Notes: generated from the sequence alone by a model not told the origin. Numbered from the stretch's first letter, positions 36,904 through 46,672 are shown. The stretch: 64,000 nt of DNA from Candidatus Pacearchaeota archaeon (GCA_041654895.1 JBAZCR010000002.1:8435-72434), one strand, 5' to 3'. Made by a program: numbers and translations.

Positions 36904-37635
36904 TTACTTAATAATATTAATTATTTCCTTTACTAATCTTTTAGTTTTTTTCTTTTTATCTTTTTTTGGAACAAATTCTACGATATCTGTTATTATTGGA
37001 TTTTGATTTTTCTTTATTGATTTTATAAGTTTTATAAATTGTCTTTTATTTAATCCGTTTTGTTCTGGATAATTTACTGCTGGAGCAAATTTTGGGTCAT
37101 TTACGTCGATATCTATAGTCAAATATACTTTTTTTCCTTTTGTACTCTTTTCTAAATAATTTAATATTTCTGTTATTTTTTCATTTGGAGTAAAATATTT
37201 AATTTTGTTTTTTTTAATAAATTTCTTTTCCTCTGATTCTATTTTTCTAATTCCAATTAAGCAAATATCTTTTGGATTCCATCCTTCTTTTACCAAACCT
37301 GCTAAAAATTCTTCGTGAGTTGGTTCTTTCATTGGTGGCATACAATCTGCATGTGCATCAAATATTATTAGAAATGATTTTTGCTTGTATTTTTGTAAAA
37401 AGGCTTTTGCCGAGGGGTAAGTTATTGAATGATCTCCACCAATTAAGAGTAAATTTTCTTTTTTGTTTAATTGTTTTTTTATTTCTTTAAAAATTTCTTT
37501 TTCATCTTGAGCAATGTCTTGATTTTCAACATTGACTTTAATATGTTTTATTTTTTTCAATAAAATTTCAGGTGTTTTTTCTGGACCTTTTAGACCTAAT
37601 GCGTTTATTCTTGGGATGGAAATAACTATTCTCAT
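36904..37635 (-). CDS. speB: Agmatinase/arginase-family ureohydrolase, short form
   Basis: Mn-ligand motifs GGDHSITYP, FDAHADC, TIDIDVNDP. Confidence 0.75.
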   Translation of the reverse strand: MRIVISIPRINALGLKGPEKTPEILLKKIKHIKVNVENQDIAQDEKEIFKEIKKQLNKKENLLLIGGDHSITYPSAKAFLQKYKQKSFLIIFDAHADCMPPMKEPTHEEFLAGLVKEGWNPKDICLIGIRKIESEEKKFIKKNKIKYFTPNEKITEILNYLEKSTKGKKVYLTIDIDVNDPKFAPAVNYPEQNGLNKRQFIKLIKSIKKNQNPIITDIVEFVPKKDKKKKTKRLVKEIINIIK

Positions 37636-37719
37636 TTAATCATTTATGAATTTATAAAATTTAAATCTTTAGCTTTTTATATCCAAAACTTTTTAAACCA
37701 TCTCTTCAATTTTATTACT

Positions 37720-39891
37720 ATGGCTGTTGATTTAACTTCAAAAGTAAAAGAATTACAAAGAAATCCTGAGTATATTAGAAATATCGCTATTTGTGCTCAT
37801 ATTGATCACGGTAAGACTACATTTTCAGATAATCTACTTGCAGGTGCTGGAATGATGAGTGAAAATTTAGCAGGTAAAGTTAGGAGTTTAGATTTTCATG
37901 AAGATGAAGCTACAAGAGGTATTACTATTGATTCTGCTAGTGTTTCTATGGTTCATCATTTAGAAGGGAAGGATTATTTGATTAATTTAATTGATACTCC
38001 AGGTCATGTTGATTTTGGTGGAGATGTAACCAGAGCTATGAGAGCTGTTGATGGAGCAATTGTTCTTTCTTGTGCAAGTGAAGGTATTATGCCTCAAACT
38101 GAAACTGTTTTAAGACAAGCATTAAAAGAAAGAGTTAGGCCTATTTTGTTTATTAATAAAGTTGACAGATTAATTAGAGAAGTTAAGTTAACACCTGAAG
38201 AAATGCAAAAAAGATTTATTAAAATTATTAATGATGTTAACCGTTTAATTGCTGAAATTGCTGAGGATGAATATAAGCAAAAATGGCAAGTTGGTGTTGC
38301 TGAAGGAACAGTTGCATTTGGTAGTGCTTTTCATAACTGGGCTTTATCTGTTCCTTATATGCAAAAACATGGAATTACATTTAAAGAAATTATTGAAGCA
38401 TATGAATCTGGTGAAGAAAATTATAAAGCCTTAGCAAAAAAAGCTCCTATTCATGAAGTTATATTAAACATGGTCATAAGACACCATCCAAATCCAAAAG
38501 TTGCTCAAAAATATAGAATTCCAAAAATTTGGCATGGTGATTTAGAATCAGATGCAGGAAAAGATTTGATTAATTGTAATATTGATGGTGAAGTTGCATT
38601 TGTCCCAATTAAAATTGTAATTGATCCTCATGCTGGTGAAGTTGCTGCTGGAAGACTTTTTGCTGGTAAAATTAAGCAAGGTGACGAATTATATATGAAT
38701 CTTGCAAATAAGAAAGTGAGAGCACAACAAGTTTCAATTTATAAAGGTGCGCAAAGAATTCAATTAGATGAAGTTGTTGCAGGAAATATTGTTGGTATTG
38801 TTGGATTAAAAGATGTGGTTGTCGGTGAGACTGTTAGTATACATCCAATTGAACGTTTTGATGCAATTACACATTTATTTGAGCCTGTTGTTACTAAAAG
38901 TATAACTGCTAAGAGAACTGCTGATTTGCCTAAACTAATTGAAGTATTAAGGCAGGTTGGAAAAGAAGATCCCTCTTTACATATTGAAATTAATGAAGAA
39001 ACAGGAGAATCACTTATTTCTGGGATGGGTGAATTGCATTTAGAAATTATTGAAAATAGAATAAAAACTGAAAAAAGCTTAGATGTCCAAATGGGTCCTC
39101 CTATTATTGTTTATAGAGAGTCTGTTGGAAAAGTTTCTTCTCCTGCTGAAGGTCGTTCTCCAAATAAGCATAATAGTTTCTTCTTAACAGTAGAACCTTT
39201 AGAAGAGGGTGTTTCTAAGGCTATTAGTGAGGGAGTTTTACCTGAAGGGAGAATGAAGAAAAAAGATAAAACCTTAGATGAAACTTTAGTTGGACTCGGA
39301 ATTAGTAGAGAGGAAGCAGGTCAATACAGAAATATCTTTCGGGGTAATATATTCTTAGATAAAACTAAGGGTGAGGTTCATATAGGAGAAGTTATTGAAT
39401 TAGTATTAGATGCCTTTGAAGATGTAATGAAATCAGGTCCTTTAGCAAGAGAACCTTGTCTGAAGATGAAGGTTAGTTTAGTTGATTTGAAATTACATGA
39501 AGATGCAATTCATAGAGGTCCTGCACAAGTTTATCCTGCTGTAAGAGATTCTATTAAATTAGCAATGAAAGAAGCAAATCCTGTAATTTATGAACCTATT
39601 CAAACACATCAAATTGAAGCTCCAATAGATTTTATGAGTACAATTACTTCTTTAGTAACACAGAAAAGAGGAAATTTAATTGATGTTGAACAAGAGACTT
39701 CAGGAGTTACAATTAAAGGAGAATTGCCAGTAGGCGAAATGATTGGTTGGACAAATGATTTAAGAAGTGCTACTGAGGGTAGAGGTGTTAGTAGTTTAGT
39801 TAATCAAAGTTTTAAAAAATTGCCTAATGAACTTCAAGATAAAATAATTAATCAAATTAGAACTAGAAAAGGTTTAAGTGAAAATCAATAA
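37720..39891 (+). CDS. fusA: Translation elongation factor EF-2
   Basis: AHIDHGKTT, DTPGHVDF, NKVDR, and the diphthamide-site context HEDAIHRGPAQ. Confidence 0.96.
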   Translation: MAVDLTSKVKELQRNPEYIRNIAICAHIDHGKTTFSDNLLAGAGMMSENLAGKVRSLDFHEDEATRGITIDSASVSMVHHLEGKDYLINLIDTPGHVDFGGDVTRAMRAVDGAIVLSCASEGIMPQTETVLRQALKERVRPILFINKVDRLIREVKLTPEEMQKRFIKIINDVNRLIAEIAEDEYKQKWQVGVAEGTVAFGSAFHNWALSVPYMQKHGITFKEIIEAYESGEENYKALAKKAPIHEVILNMVIRHHPNPKVAQKYRIPKIWHGDLESDAGKDLINCNIDGEVAFVPIKIVIDPHAGEVAAGRLFAGKIKQGDELYMNLANKKVRAQQVSIYKGAQRIQLDEVVAGNIVGIVGLKDVVVGETVSIHPIERFDAITHLFEPVVTKSITAKRTADLPKLIEVLRQVGKEDPSLHIEINEETGESLISGMGELHLEIIENRIKTEKSLDVQMGPPIIVYRESVGKVSSPAEGRSPNKHNSFFLTVEPLEEGVSKAISEGVLPEGRMKKKDKTLDETLVGLGISREEAGQYRNIFRGNIFLDKTKGEVHIGEVIELVLDAFEDVMKSGPLAREPCLKMKVSLVDLKLHEDAIHRGPAQVYPAVRDSIKLAMKEANPVIYEPIQTHQIEAPIDFMSTITSLVTQKRGNLIDVEQETSGVTIKGELPVGEMIGWTNDLRSATEGRGVSSLVNQSFKKLPNELQDKIINQIRTRKGLSENQ

Positions 39892-39892
39892 A

Positions 39893-40120
39893 ATGGTAAA
39901 TTTAGATGAAAGAATTGGTAAAGAAGAAGATCTTTTAATGAATGAATATCATCAAAGTTTTTGCTCTATTTGTATTTTTTCTCCTGGAGAAAAAGCATAC
40001 ACTAAAGAAGGCTTAAAATGTTCTGGATTTACTTATTTTGAAGATGATTTTGATAAGACTAAATCTCTTGTTTATCCTTTACCTAGAAATATTAAAGAAT
40101 GTCCTTATTTTAATAAATAA
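39893..40120 (+). CDS. Hypothetical small Cys-containing protein
   Basis: ORF with CSIC...C...C pattern. ATG at 39893; the track start at 39878 is a GTG overlapping fusA. Confidence 0.35.
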   Translation: MVNLDERIGKEEDLLMNEYHQSFCSICIFSPGEKAYTKEGLKCSGFTYFEDDFDKTKSLVYPLPRNIKECPYFNK

Positions 40121-40150
40121 AATTAATAAAAAAAATTTGTTTTAGAAAAT

Positions 40151-40396
40151 TTACTCTTTTCTTGGTTGAGCTTCACTAACTTTGATTTTTCTGCCTTCAA
40201 TTTCTTTTTCATTCATTTCTGAAATTGCTTTATTAGCAGAATCATCATCTGAAATTGTAACAAAACCAAAACCTTTTGATCTTCTTGTATACTTATCTTG
40301 GATTATAGTTGCTTCCTCAGCATTGTATTGTGAAAATAAATCTTGTAAACCTTTATTATCAATACTCCAAGGTAAATTACCTACATATAACTTCAT
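40151..40396 (-). CDS. Single-RRM RNA-binding protein
   Basis: RNP2 LYVGNL and RNP1 KGFGFVTI at canonical spacing, 81 aa. GGAGG lies 5 nt upstream of the ATG. Confidence 0.85.
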   Translation of the reverse strand: MKLYVGNLPWSIDNKGLQDLFSQYNAEEATIIQDKYTRRSKGFGFVTISDDDSANKAISEMNEKEIEGRKIKVSEAQPRKE

Positions 40397-40469
40397 TTTA
40401 TCCTCCTGTTTAATTTAATATCTTGAGAGAAACATTTTCTTAAACTAACTTTATATAACATATTCTAAC

Positions 40470-40751
40470 CTACTTTTTTATTAGGAATTTTGCTTTTTTA
40501 AGTCTTTGTTTTATGAAATTTATAATGTATTCAGAATAGTTCCAAAATAAGATTGTAATTAAAATAAAAGTTGTTGAAAGTGCATAAATCTTGTTGGTTG
40601 TTAAGAAAATAGCTGTAAAGATTAATAATATCCATTTTATTGTATAAAAATATTTTTTATAAATTTCCTTTTCATCCTTTGTAATTAGAGATAAGATTAA
40701 ACCAAGTGGCATTGCGCACAATAAAACTAAGATAATCAATATTATTGTCAT
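40470..40751 (-). CDS. Hypothetical small membrane protein
   Basis: Three hydrophobic helices. Confidence 0.4.
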   Translation of the reverse strand: MTIILIILVLLCAMPLGLILSLITKDEKEIYKKYFYTIKWILLIFTAIFLTTNKIYALSTTFILITILFWNYSEYIINFIKQRLKKAKFLIKK

Positions 40752-40827
40752 TTAATTTAAAATTAAAATCTGTTTTTATAGTTTTTGGATTACCTAGTTT
40801 TTTAAACTTGTTTTTATTTTGATTTTC

Positions 40828-41634
40828 ATGAATTATGAATTCATTGATGTTCATGCTCATTTAGATATGGACCGTTTTAAAGATGATTTAGAAAATGTTA
40901 TTATTAATGCTAAAAATCTTGGTGTTTTGGTTGTTAGTTCTGGAATTAATAGTTTTGCAAATAAGAAAGTTTTAGAATTGTCAAAGAAGTATGATAATAT
41001 TTTTGCATCTTTTGGGATTTATCCTATTGATGGGATTATTAAAGAGTTTCCTAACTTAAAAGATGATGGTCCCAGAGAAATTTTACCATTAGATGTTGAT
41101 TTAGAATTAGAGTGGATTTTAGAGCATAAAGATGATTGCCTTTTTATTGGAGAAGTTGGCCTTGATTTTAAGGTAGTTAAAGTTAATGAAGAAATTAAAA
41201 ATGCACAGGAAAAAAATTTTGAAAAGATTATTTTATTAGCAAAAAAAATTGATAAACCTTTATTGATTCATTCTCGTGGGGCTGAGCTTGAGTGTATTGA
41301 ACTATTAGAAAAACATAATTGTAGAAAAGTAATTATGCACTGCTTTAATGGTAAAAAATCTCTAATAAAGCGAATTATTGACAATGGTTGGTTTTTGACT
41401 GTTCCAGCAGTTATCACTCGTTTAGAGCATTTTAAAATGTTAGTTAGTATAACTCCTCTAAATCAATTATTAACTGAAACTGATTCTCCATATTTATCTC
41501 CAGTTCCAATGACCAGAAATGAACCTAAAAATGTTTTAGTTAGCATCAAAGAAATTGCCAAAATAAAAGAATTAAGTTTTGAAGAGGTTAAAAAAAATAT
41601 TTTTGAAAATGCAAAGAAATTATTGAATATTTAG
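40828..41634 (+). CDS. tatD: TatD-family metal-dependent hydrolase/DNase
   Basis: FIDVHAHLD, GEVGLD, LLIHSR, VIMHCF, ETDSPYL. Confidence 0.85.
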   Translation: MNYEFIDVHAHLDMDRFKDDLENVIINAKNLGVLVVSSGINSFANKKVLELSKKYDNIFASFGIYPIDGIIKEFPNLKDDGPREILPLDVDLELEWILEHKDDCLFIGEVGLDFKVVKVNEEIKNAQEKNFEKIILLAKKIDKPLLIHSRGAELECIELLEKHNCRKVIMHCFNGKKSLIKRIIDNGWFLTVPAVITRLEHFKMLVSITPLNQLLTETDSPYLSPVPMTRNEPKNVLVSIKEIAKIKELSFEEVKKNIFENAKKLLNI

Positions 41635-42102
41635 GTAGTATTTTATTTCTTTAATTGTTTTACAATTTTTATCGGTGTCAATATTTACTTTAATTTGATA
41701 TGGTTTTTCTAATAAATCTTTTGGTGTTTTAGAACTTGCTAATATATCTTCAATGTTTTTTAGAGGACAATCAATTTTTCTACAAATATTATCAGCTATT
41801 TCTTTTTCGATTTCACTCAATTGATTGTTTCTTTGATAATTGAACTTATTTAATTTATGTTTTATTTCATAAGGGCAAGGAAATATTTCCCCTTGTTCAT
41901 TAATAATAACTATATTTTGGTCTAAATCAAAAATATTTTTAGAGTTGTTTTTTTTCACATCTTCAATTTCATTATTCTCATCAAGATAAATAAAAACATA
42001 TTTTGGGATATAAATACCTGTAGTTTGACAATTTATTTTTTGTGGAGCAACTAATGAAGATAAAATTAGTAAACCAGAAACAATCTTTTTTAAACTTTTC
42101 AT
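41620..42102 (-). CDS. Hypothetical secreted protein
   Basis: The internal start MKSLKKIVSGLLILSSLVAPQ looks like a signal peptide. The longer track start would overlap the upstream gene. Confidence 0.4.
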   Translation of the reverse strand: MKSLKKIVSGLLILSSLVAPQKINCQTTGIYIPKYVFIYLDENNEIEDVKKNNSKNIFDLDQNIVIINEQGEIFPCPYEIKHKLNKFNYQRNNQLSEIEKEIADNICRKIDCPLKNIEDILASSKTPKDLLEKPYQIKVNIDTDKNCKTIKEIKYYLNIQ

Positions 42103-42139
42103 AAATAACACTATTTTAAAGTAGTTATAAACTTTTTTG

Positions 42140-42982
42140 TTAGTACTTAAATTCAATTCCCTTTGCACATTTTAGCAACCCTTTTTTTGATTCAGGAATA
42201 TCTTCTCTTTTTGCTAATTTCAGATATTTGTGTATTAATTTTTTTTTGTGGTTTATTGTGAATTTTTGATCAGTATAAGGTCCTCCTATGCAACCTCCTG
42301 GACAAAACAGACAATCTAAAAATAATACATTTTTATTTGGTTTTTTTAAGAACTTATTTACTTCACTTATTCCATCAATTATCCTTACTTGGTTTCTATT
42401 TAAAATTCTTTTAACATGGGCTGTATGGTAAAGTCCTCCACTTAATGGATAGATTTTTGTATAATCATTATAAAATTTATCGAATTGAGCTTTTTTATTA
42501 TCTTCATTAATATTATTTTTCTGAAATAACTCTTTTAATTGTAGAAAATCAATAACATAATCGATTTCTTTTTTTGTTTGACTTTCAATTTTCTTGAAAT
42601 TACATGGAGATATAAAAAATATTTTATGATCTGGATAAACTTTTTTGCTAATTTTTGCCATTGCAATCATAGGTGAATCAACTCTAATTAAATTATTTTT
42701 ATATTCTGGAAAATTTTTTTCAATGTAAAGAGTTATTCCAGGGCAAGTCGATGAAATAAGGAGTTCTTTAGTTTTTTTTAATTTTTTATGATATTCTCTA
42801 TTAATCATTTTTGCACCAAATGTTAATTCGACAACTTTATCAAAACCTAATTTCTTTAATTGATTTATTATTGAAGGATATTTAAAATCTGTAACAAAAC
42901 TAGGAGCAACCATTGCTAAGCATTTTTTATTATTTTTTATTATCTTTTCAATTTTTAGAATATCATTTTTGTTTTTCACCAT
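42140..42982 (-). CDS. Stand-alone [FeFe]-hydrogenase H-domain-like protein (Fe_hyd_lg_C-like), 280 aa
   Basis: Collinear with H-cluster domain landmarks: MVAPSFVTDF, LGFDKVVELTFGAK, SSTCPG (L1), FISPCNFKKIE (L2), SGGL, FLDCLFCPGGCIGGP (L3). Confidence 0.6.
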   Translation of the reverse strand: MVKNKNDILKIEKIIKNNKKCLAMVAPSFVTDFKYPSIINQLKKLGFDKVVELTFGAKMINREYHKKLKKTKELLISSTCPGITLYIEKNFPEYKNNLIRVDSPMIAMAKISKKVYPDHKIFFISPCNFKKIESQTKKEIDYVIDFLQLKELFQKNNINEDNKKAQFDKFYNDYTKIYPLSGGLYHTAHVKRILNRNQVRIIDGISEVNKFLKKPNKNVLFLDCLFCPGGCIGGPYTDQKFTINHKKKLIHKYLKLAKREDIPESKKGLLKCAKGIEFKY

Positions 42983-43066
42983 CTTTAAATTATTTTAGCT
43001 TATTTAATATATAAGGCTTTTGAAATTTTCTTTTAAATTTAAATAGTCTAATTAATTTATTTTCTT

Positions 43067-43672
43067 ATGAATTTTAAAGAATGTTATTTTAAATTTTTTG
43101 GATTATTTTATGTAATTATAGGAATTTTAGCAATTTTTAATGTTATATTTGGTATTGATTCTGCATCCTCGTTGTGGATTTCTTATTTTGCATTTTTTTT
43201 CATTGGTTTAGGAATACTAACTAAAGATTCATATTTGATAGGAAGTTGGTTTAATATTATTTTTATTCCATATTTTTTTTGGTCTGCTGATTACTTGTAT
43301 AATTTATTTTTTAGTAAAAGTTTGTGGGGTATTACAGACTATATGTTTAGTTCGAGATTATTTATTTCTCAAATAATTTCTATTCAACACTTTTTTATTA
43401 TTCCAGTAGCAATTTTATCAATTTACTTTATAAAAATTCAGAAAAAGGATTTTTGGAAATTAAGTGTATCTATAATAAGTATACTTTTTATTTTGACTAG
43501 ACTTTTTACAAAACCTATTGAAAATGTTAATTGTATTTTTAAGAGTTGTTTGACTTTTGAAATTGTTTCTCCTTTATATCCTGTAATATGGTTTTTAGCT
43601 TTCTTTATTATGATTGGGTTAGTTAATCTTCTTTTAGTTAAATTAAGATTTTTTAACTCAAACAAAAATTAA
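43067..43672 (+). CDS. Hypothetical polytopic membrane protein
   Basis: About 6 hydrophobic helices. Confidence 0.45.
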   Translation: MNFKECYFKFFGLFYVIIGILAIFNVIFGIDSASSLWISYFAFFFIGLGILTKDSYLIGSWFNIIFIPYFFWSADYLYNLFFSKSLWGITDYMFSSRLFISQIISIQHFFIIPVAILSIYFIKIQKKDFWKLSVSIISILFILTRLFTKPIENVNCIFKSCLTFEIVSPLYPVIWFLAFFIMIGLVNLLLVKLRFFNSNKN

Positions 43673-43749
43673 TTTACAAAAGATTTAAAAGCATATTTTT
43701 TGTTTTAATTATATTAAAGAACAGATTTATCAATTCTTTTTTGAAAATA

Positions 43750-45084
43750 ATGGAAAAATTTAAAGAACTTGGATTAAATGAAGATTTTTTGAAAATTATT
43801 CAAAAGATGAATTTTAAAGAGCCAAGTGAAATTCAAGAGAAAGCAATTCCTTTAGTCTTAGCTGGGAAAGATGTTATTGGTAGTGCTGCTACTGGAAGTG
43901 GTAAAACACTTGCTTTTGGTTATCCTATATTAGAAAAAACTGTTGAGAAAAAAGGATTACAAGCATTAATTCTAACACCAACAAGAGAACTTGCAGAGCA
44001 AATTTCTAGTTCTCTTAAGAATTTTGGAAAATATAAAAAACTTAAAATTTGTTCTGTTTATGGTGGAGTTTCTATTGAAAATCAGATTAAAAATCTCTTG
44101 AGTTGTGAGATTGTTGTTGGAACTCCTGGGAGAATCTTAGATCACATTAGTAGAAAAACTATTGATTTGTTTAATGTTAATACATTTGTTTTAGATGAAG
44201 CTGATAGAATGCTTGATATGGGTTTTTTGCCTGATGTTGAAAAAATTATAAAAGAATTACCAAGGAAAAGGCAAACTTTACTTTTTTCTGCTACTATTTC
44301 TTGGGAAATTAAAAAGATTATTAATAGATATATGTTGAAACCGATTAATGTTTTTGTTAAAAATTATGTTGATGCTTCAAAATTAAAACAAGTTTTCTAT
44401 GATGTATCTGATAATGAAAAATTTTCACTTTTGGTTCATTTATTAAAAAAAGAAACTTCAAGCTTAGTTTTGGTCTTTTCAAATACTAAAAGAAATGCTG
44501 ATTTTGTAGCTAGGAATTTAAAGAATCAAGGGATTGATGCAATGAGTTTTCATGGTGATTTAGGTCAAAATACTAGAAATAATGTTTTGAAAAAATTTTA
44601 TGAAAGTGAAAAGTTTGTTTTAGTTTGTACAGATGTTGCTGCAAGAGGTTTAGATATAAAAAATGTTTCTCATGTTTATAATTATGATTGTCCTAAAACA
44701 AAAGAAGATTATATTCATAGAATTGGAAGAACAGCGAGAGCAGGAAAAAAAGGAATTGCTATTACAATATTGGGGAGTAAGGATTATGATAATTTTAGAA
44801 ATGTTAATAGAGATGGCACTTTAAATATTGAAAGAATTGAAAAGCCAGAGTTTAAAGAACTTTATTTACAGAAAAATAAATCTTTTAGGAATAATTCTAA
44901 TAGAAGAAAAGATTTTCAAAAGAGAGAAGATTTTAGAATAAGTAGTAGGAATGATTTTTATCAAAAAAATAAGGGGAAAAGATATTCTAGAAAATCTGAA
45001 AATATAAATCCTTCAAGACAAAGTGAAAAAACAAGGCAAAAAAGATTTAATTCTGCAAAGAGTAATATTTCAAAAAAACGATAG
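43750..45084 (+). CDS. DEAD-box ATP-dependent RNA helicase with basic C-terminal tail
   Basis: Q-motif region, AATGSGKT, DEAD, SAT, HRIGRTARAG. R/K/S-rich tail. ATG at 43750. Confidence 0.92.
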   Translation: MEKFKELGLNEDFLKIIQKMNFKEPSEIQEKAIPLVLAGKDVIGSAATGSGKTLAFGYPILEKTVEKKGLQALILTPTRELAEQISSSLKNFGKYKKLKICSVYGGVSIENQIKNLLSCEIVVGTPGRILDHISRKTIDLFNVNTFVLDEADRMLDMGFLPDVEKIIKELPRKRQTLLFSATISWEIKKIINRYMLKPINVFVKNYVDASKLKQVFYDVSDNEKFSLLVHLLKKETSSLVLVFSNTKRNADFVARNLKNQGIDAMSFHGDLGQNTRNNVLKKFYESEKFVLVCTDVAARGLDIKNVSHVYNYDCPKTKEDYIHRIGRTARAGKKGIAITILGSKDYDNFRNVNRDGTLNIERIEKPEFKELYLQKNKSFRNNSNRRKDFQKREDFRISSRNDFYQKNKGKRYSRKSENINPSRQSEKTRQKRFNSAKSNISKKR

Positions 45085-45089
45085 ACTAC

Positions 45090-45902
45090 TTATTCTAACC
45101 TTGAATTATTTAAAGTTGATTTTTCAAAGACAGTATCTTTTATATTTGATTTTATAAAGTTTGTATCATATAATTGGGAATTTATTACATAAGATTTTTC
45201 TAAGTTAGAGCCGTAAAAATTTGAAAGAAGAAATGATGTTTGCTGAAGTGTTGAATCTTTTATGCTTGAACCTCCAAAATTAGTTCGCTGACAATTTGAA
45301 TTTAATAGTATTATTTTATTTAATGTTGAACTTCCGAAGTCTGCATTATATGTATCTATATCTTTAAAATAAGATTCTGATAAGTCTGAATTATTAAATT
45401 TTGCTTTTTTCATATAAGTTCCCTCGAAATGGGAATTTGTTAAATCAGAGTCTTCTGCAGAAAAATCTAATAAAAATGCATTTTTAAAATTTGATTTTTT
45501 TAAAATAGAATTATTTAATTTTACTTTATCTAAATCAGTATTTTCAAACAGAGTATTCTCTAAATTTGATTTATTTAATATTGCTCTTAATAATGATGAT
45601 TCTGATAAGTTCGCATGACTTAATATCGCATTTGAAGCTTTTAGTCTGTATAAATTTGCTCCTTTACATTCAAGATATGGTAAATAAATTCCATTAATTG
45701 TTAGGTTTTTTAATTCAGAATTATTTAGGATAATAGGTTCTCTTTCAAAATCTTGTTTAAGTAAAAAATCCATTAGTTCTGGATATTTTTTATTATTAGA
45801 TAAATTAAAACCTTCTTCCAATTTTATTTTTGAGAAATCTCTTTCGCCAGATAATATCTTTTTGATGAACTCATTACCTGATAAATGAGTATAGGTTTTC
45901 AT
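45090..45902 (-). CDS. Pentapeptide-repeat protein
   Basis: Long run of A(D/N)LxX-type pentapeptides (ANLSESSLLRAILNKSNLENTLFENTDLDKVKLNNS...). Confidence 0.75.
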   Translation of the reverse strand: MKTYTHLSGNEFIKKILSGERDFSKIKLEEGFNLSNNKKYPELMDFLLKQDFEREPIILNNSELKNLTINGIYLPYLECKGANLYRLKASNAILSHANLSESSLLRAILNKSNLENTLFENTDLDKVKLNNSILKKSNFKNAFLLDFSAEDSDLTNSHFEGTYMKKAKFNNSDLSESYFKDIDTYNADFGSSTLNKIILLNSNCQRTNFGGSSIKDSTLQQTSFLLSNFYGSNLEKSYVINSQLYDTNFIKSNIKDTVFEKSTLNNSRLE

Positions 45903-45987
45903 GATATAATAATAAAATCTAACTTTTTAACTTTTTATATAGTGTGACTACTTTAAAGTTTTCTTAGATTGGTATAAAAAGAAAAGA

Positions 45988-45995
45988 TTTAAATA
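45988..45995 (+). promoter_or_regulatory. TATA box (within the 16-nt core AAAAGATTTAAATAGT shared with 46377..46392)
   Basis: TTTAAATA lies 34 nt upstream of ATG 46030, with GGAG in between. Confidence 0.4.
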
Positions 45996-46029
45996 GTTTT
46001 ATTATTTGTTACTTATTAGGAGATACAAT

Positions 46030-46338
46030 ATGGCTGTAGATGATATAATAGAAGAAATTTGTGAATTGGCTGATGAATTTAGAATTAGGACTGTGATAGA
46101 GGATAGGAAAGGTGGAATTCATTTTGATAAGAAAGTAATTCATTTAAATCCTCTTTATAAGGATGAATATATTGAAACTTTTGTTCATGAGATGTTACAT
46201 TATTATTATCATGATATCAATTGTATTAATTTAGGAGCTTATGAAGAAGAAAAAGTTGAGAGTGAAATGAGATATCTTTTAGAGAATAGGGATAATGAAT
46301 TATATGTTAGAGATTATTTATTGAGTAGAAGGAGATGA
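46030..46338 (+). CDS. Small HExxH-motif protein (putative zinc metallopeptidase-like)
   Basis: FVHEMLHYYYHD. ATG at 46030. Confidence 0.4.
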   Translation: MAVDDIIEEICELADEFRIRTVIEDRKGGIHFDKKVIHLNPLYKDEYIETFVHEMLHYYYHDINCINLGAYEEEKVESEMRYLLENRDNELYVRDYLLSRRR

Positions 46339-46382
46339 AATATCTCCTAAAAAACTAAATTTTCTTTAATCCAATCAAAAGA

Positions 46383-46390
46383 TTTAAATA
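46383..46390 (+). promoter_or_regulatory. TATA box upstream of the DUF5320-like gene
   Basis: TTTAAATA sits inside the same AAAAGATTTAAATAGT core. A GGAGG lies 8 nt upstream of ATG 46433. Confidence 0.4.
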
Positions 46391-46432
46391 GTATAATGAA
46401 TATATATTCATAACTAAACGGAGGAATTAAAT

Positions 46433-46672
46433 ATGCCAGGACAAGATGGAACAGGACCATTAGGACAAGGACCTTTGACTGGAAGAGGTTTTGGACCTTG
46501 TGGTTATGGAAGACGAGGATTTGGGTATGGAAGAGGCTTTGGTAGAGGTTATGGTTTTAGAAGACCAATTTCTTTAACTAAAGAAGAAGAAAAGAAAATT
46601 CTCGAATCTGAATTAGAAGAAATTAATTTAGAAAAACAAGAAATTGAAAAAAGACTTAAGGAAATAAACTAA
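46433..46672 (+). CDS. DUF5320-like protein (Gly/Arg-rich N-terminus + coiled coil)
   Basis: MPGQDGTGPLGQGPLTGRGFGPCG N-terminus and a C-terminal EEEKKILESELEEINLEKQEIEKRLKE coil. Confidence 0.65.
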   Translation: MPGQDGTGPLGQGPLTGRGFGPCGYGRRGFGYGRGFGRGYGFRRPISLTKEEEKKILESELEEINLEKQEIEKRLKEIN

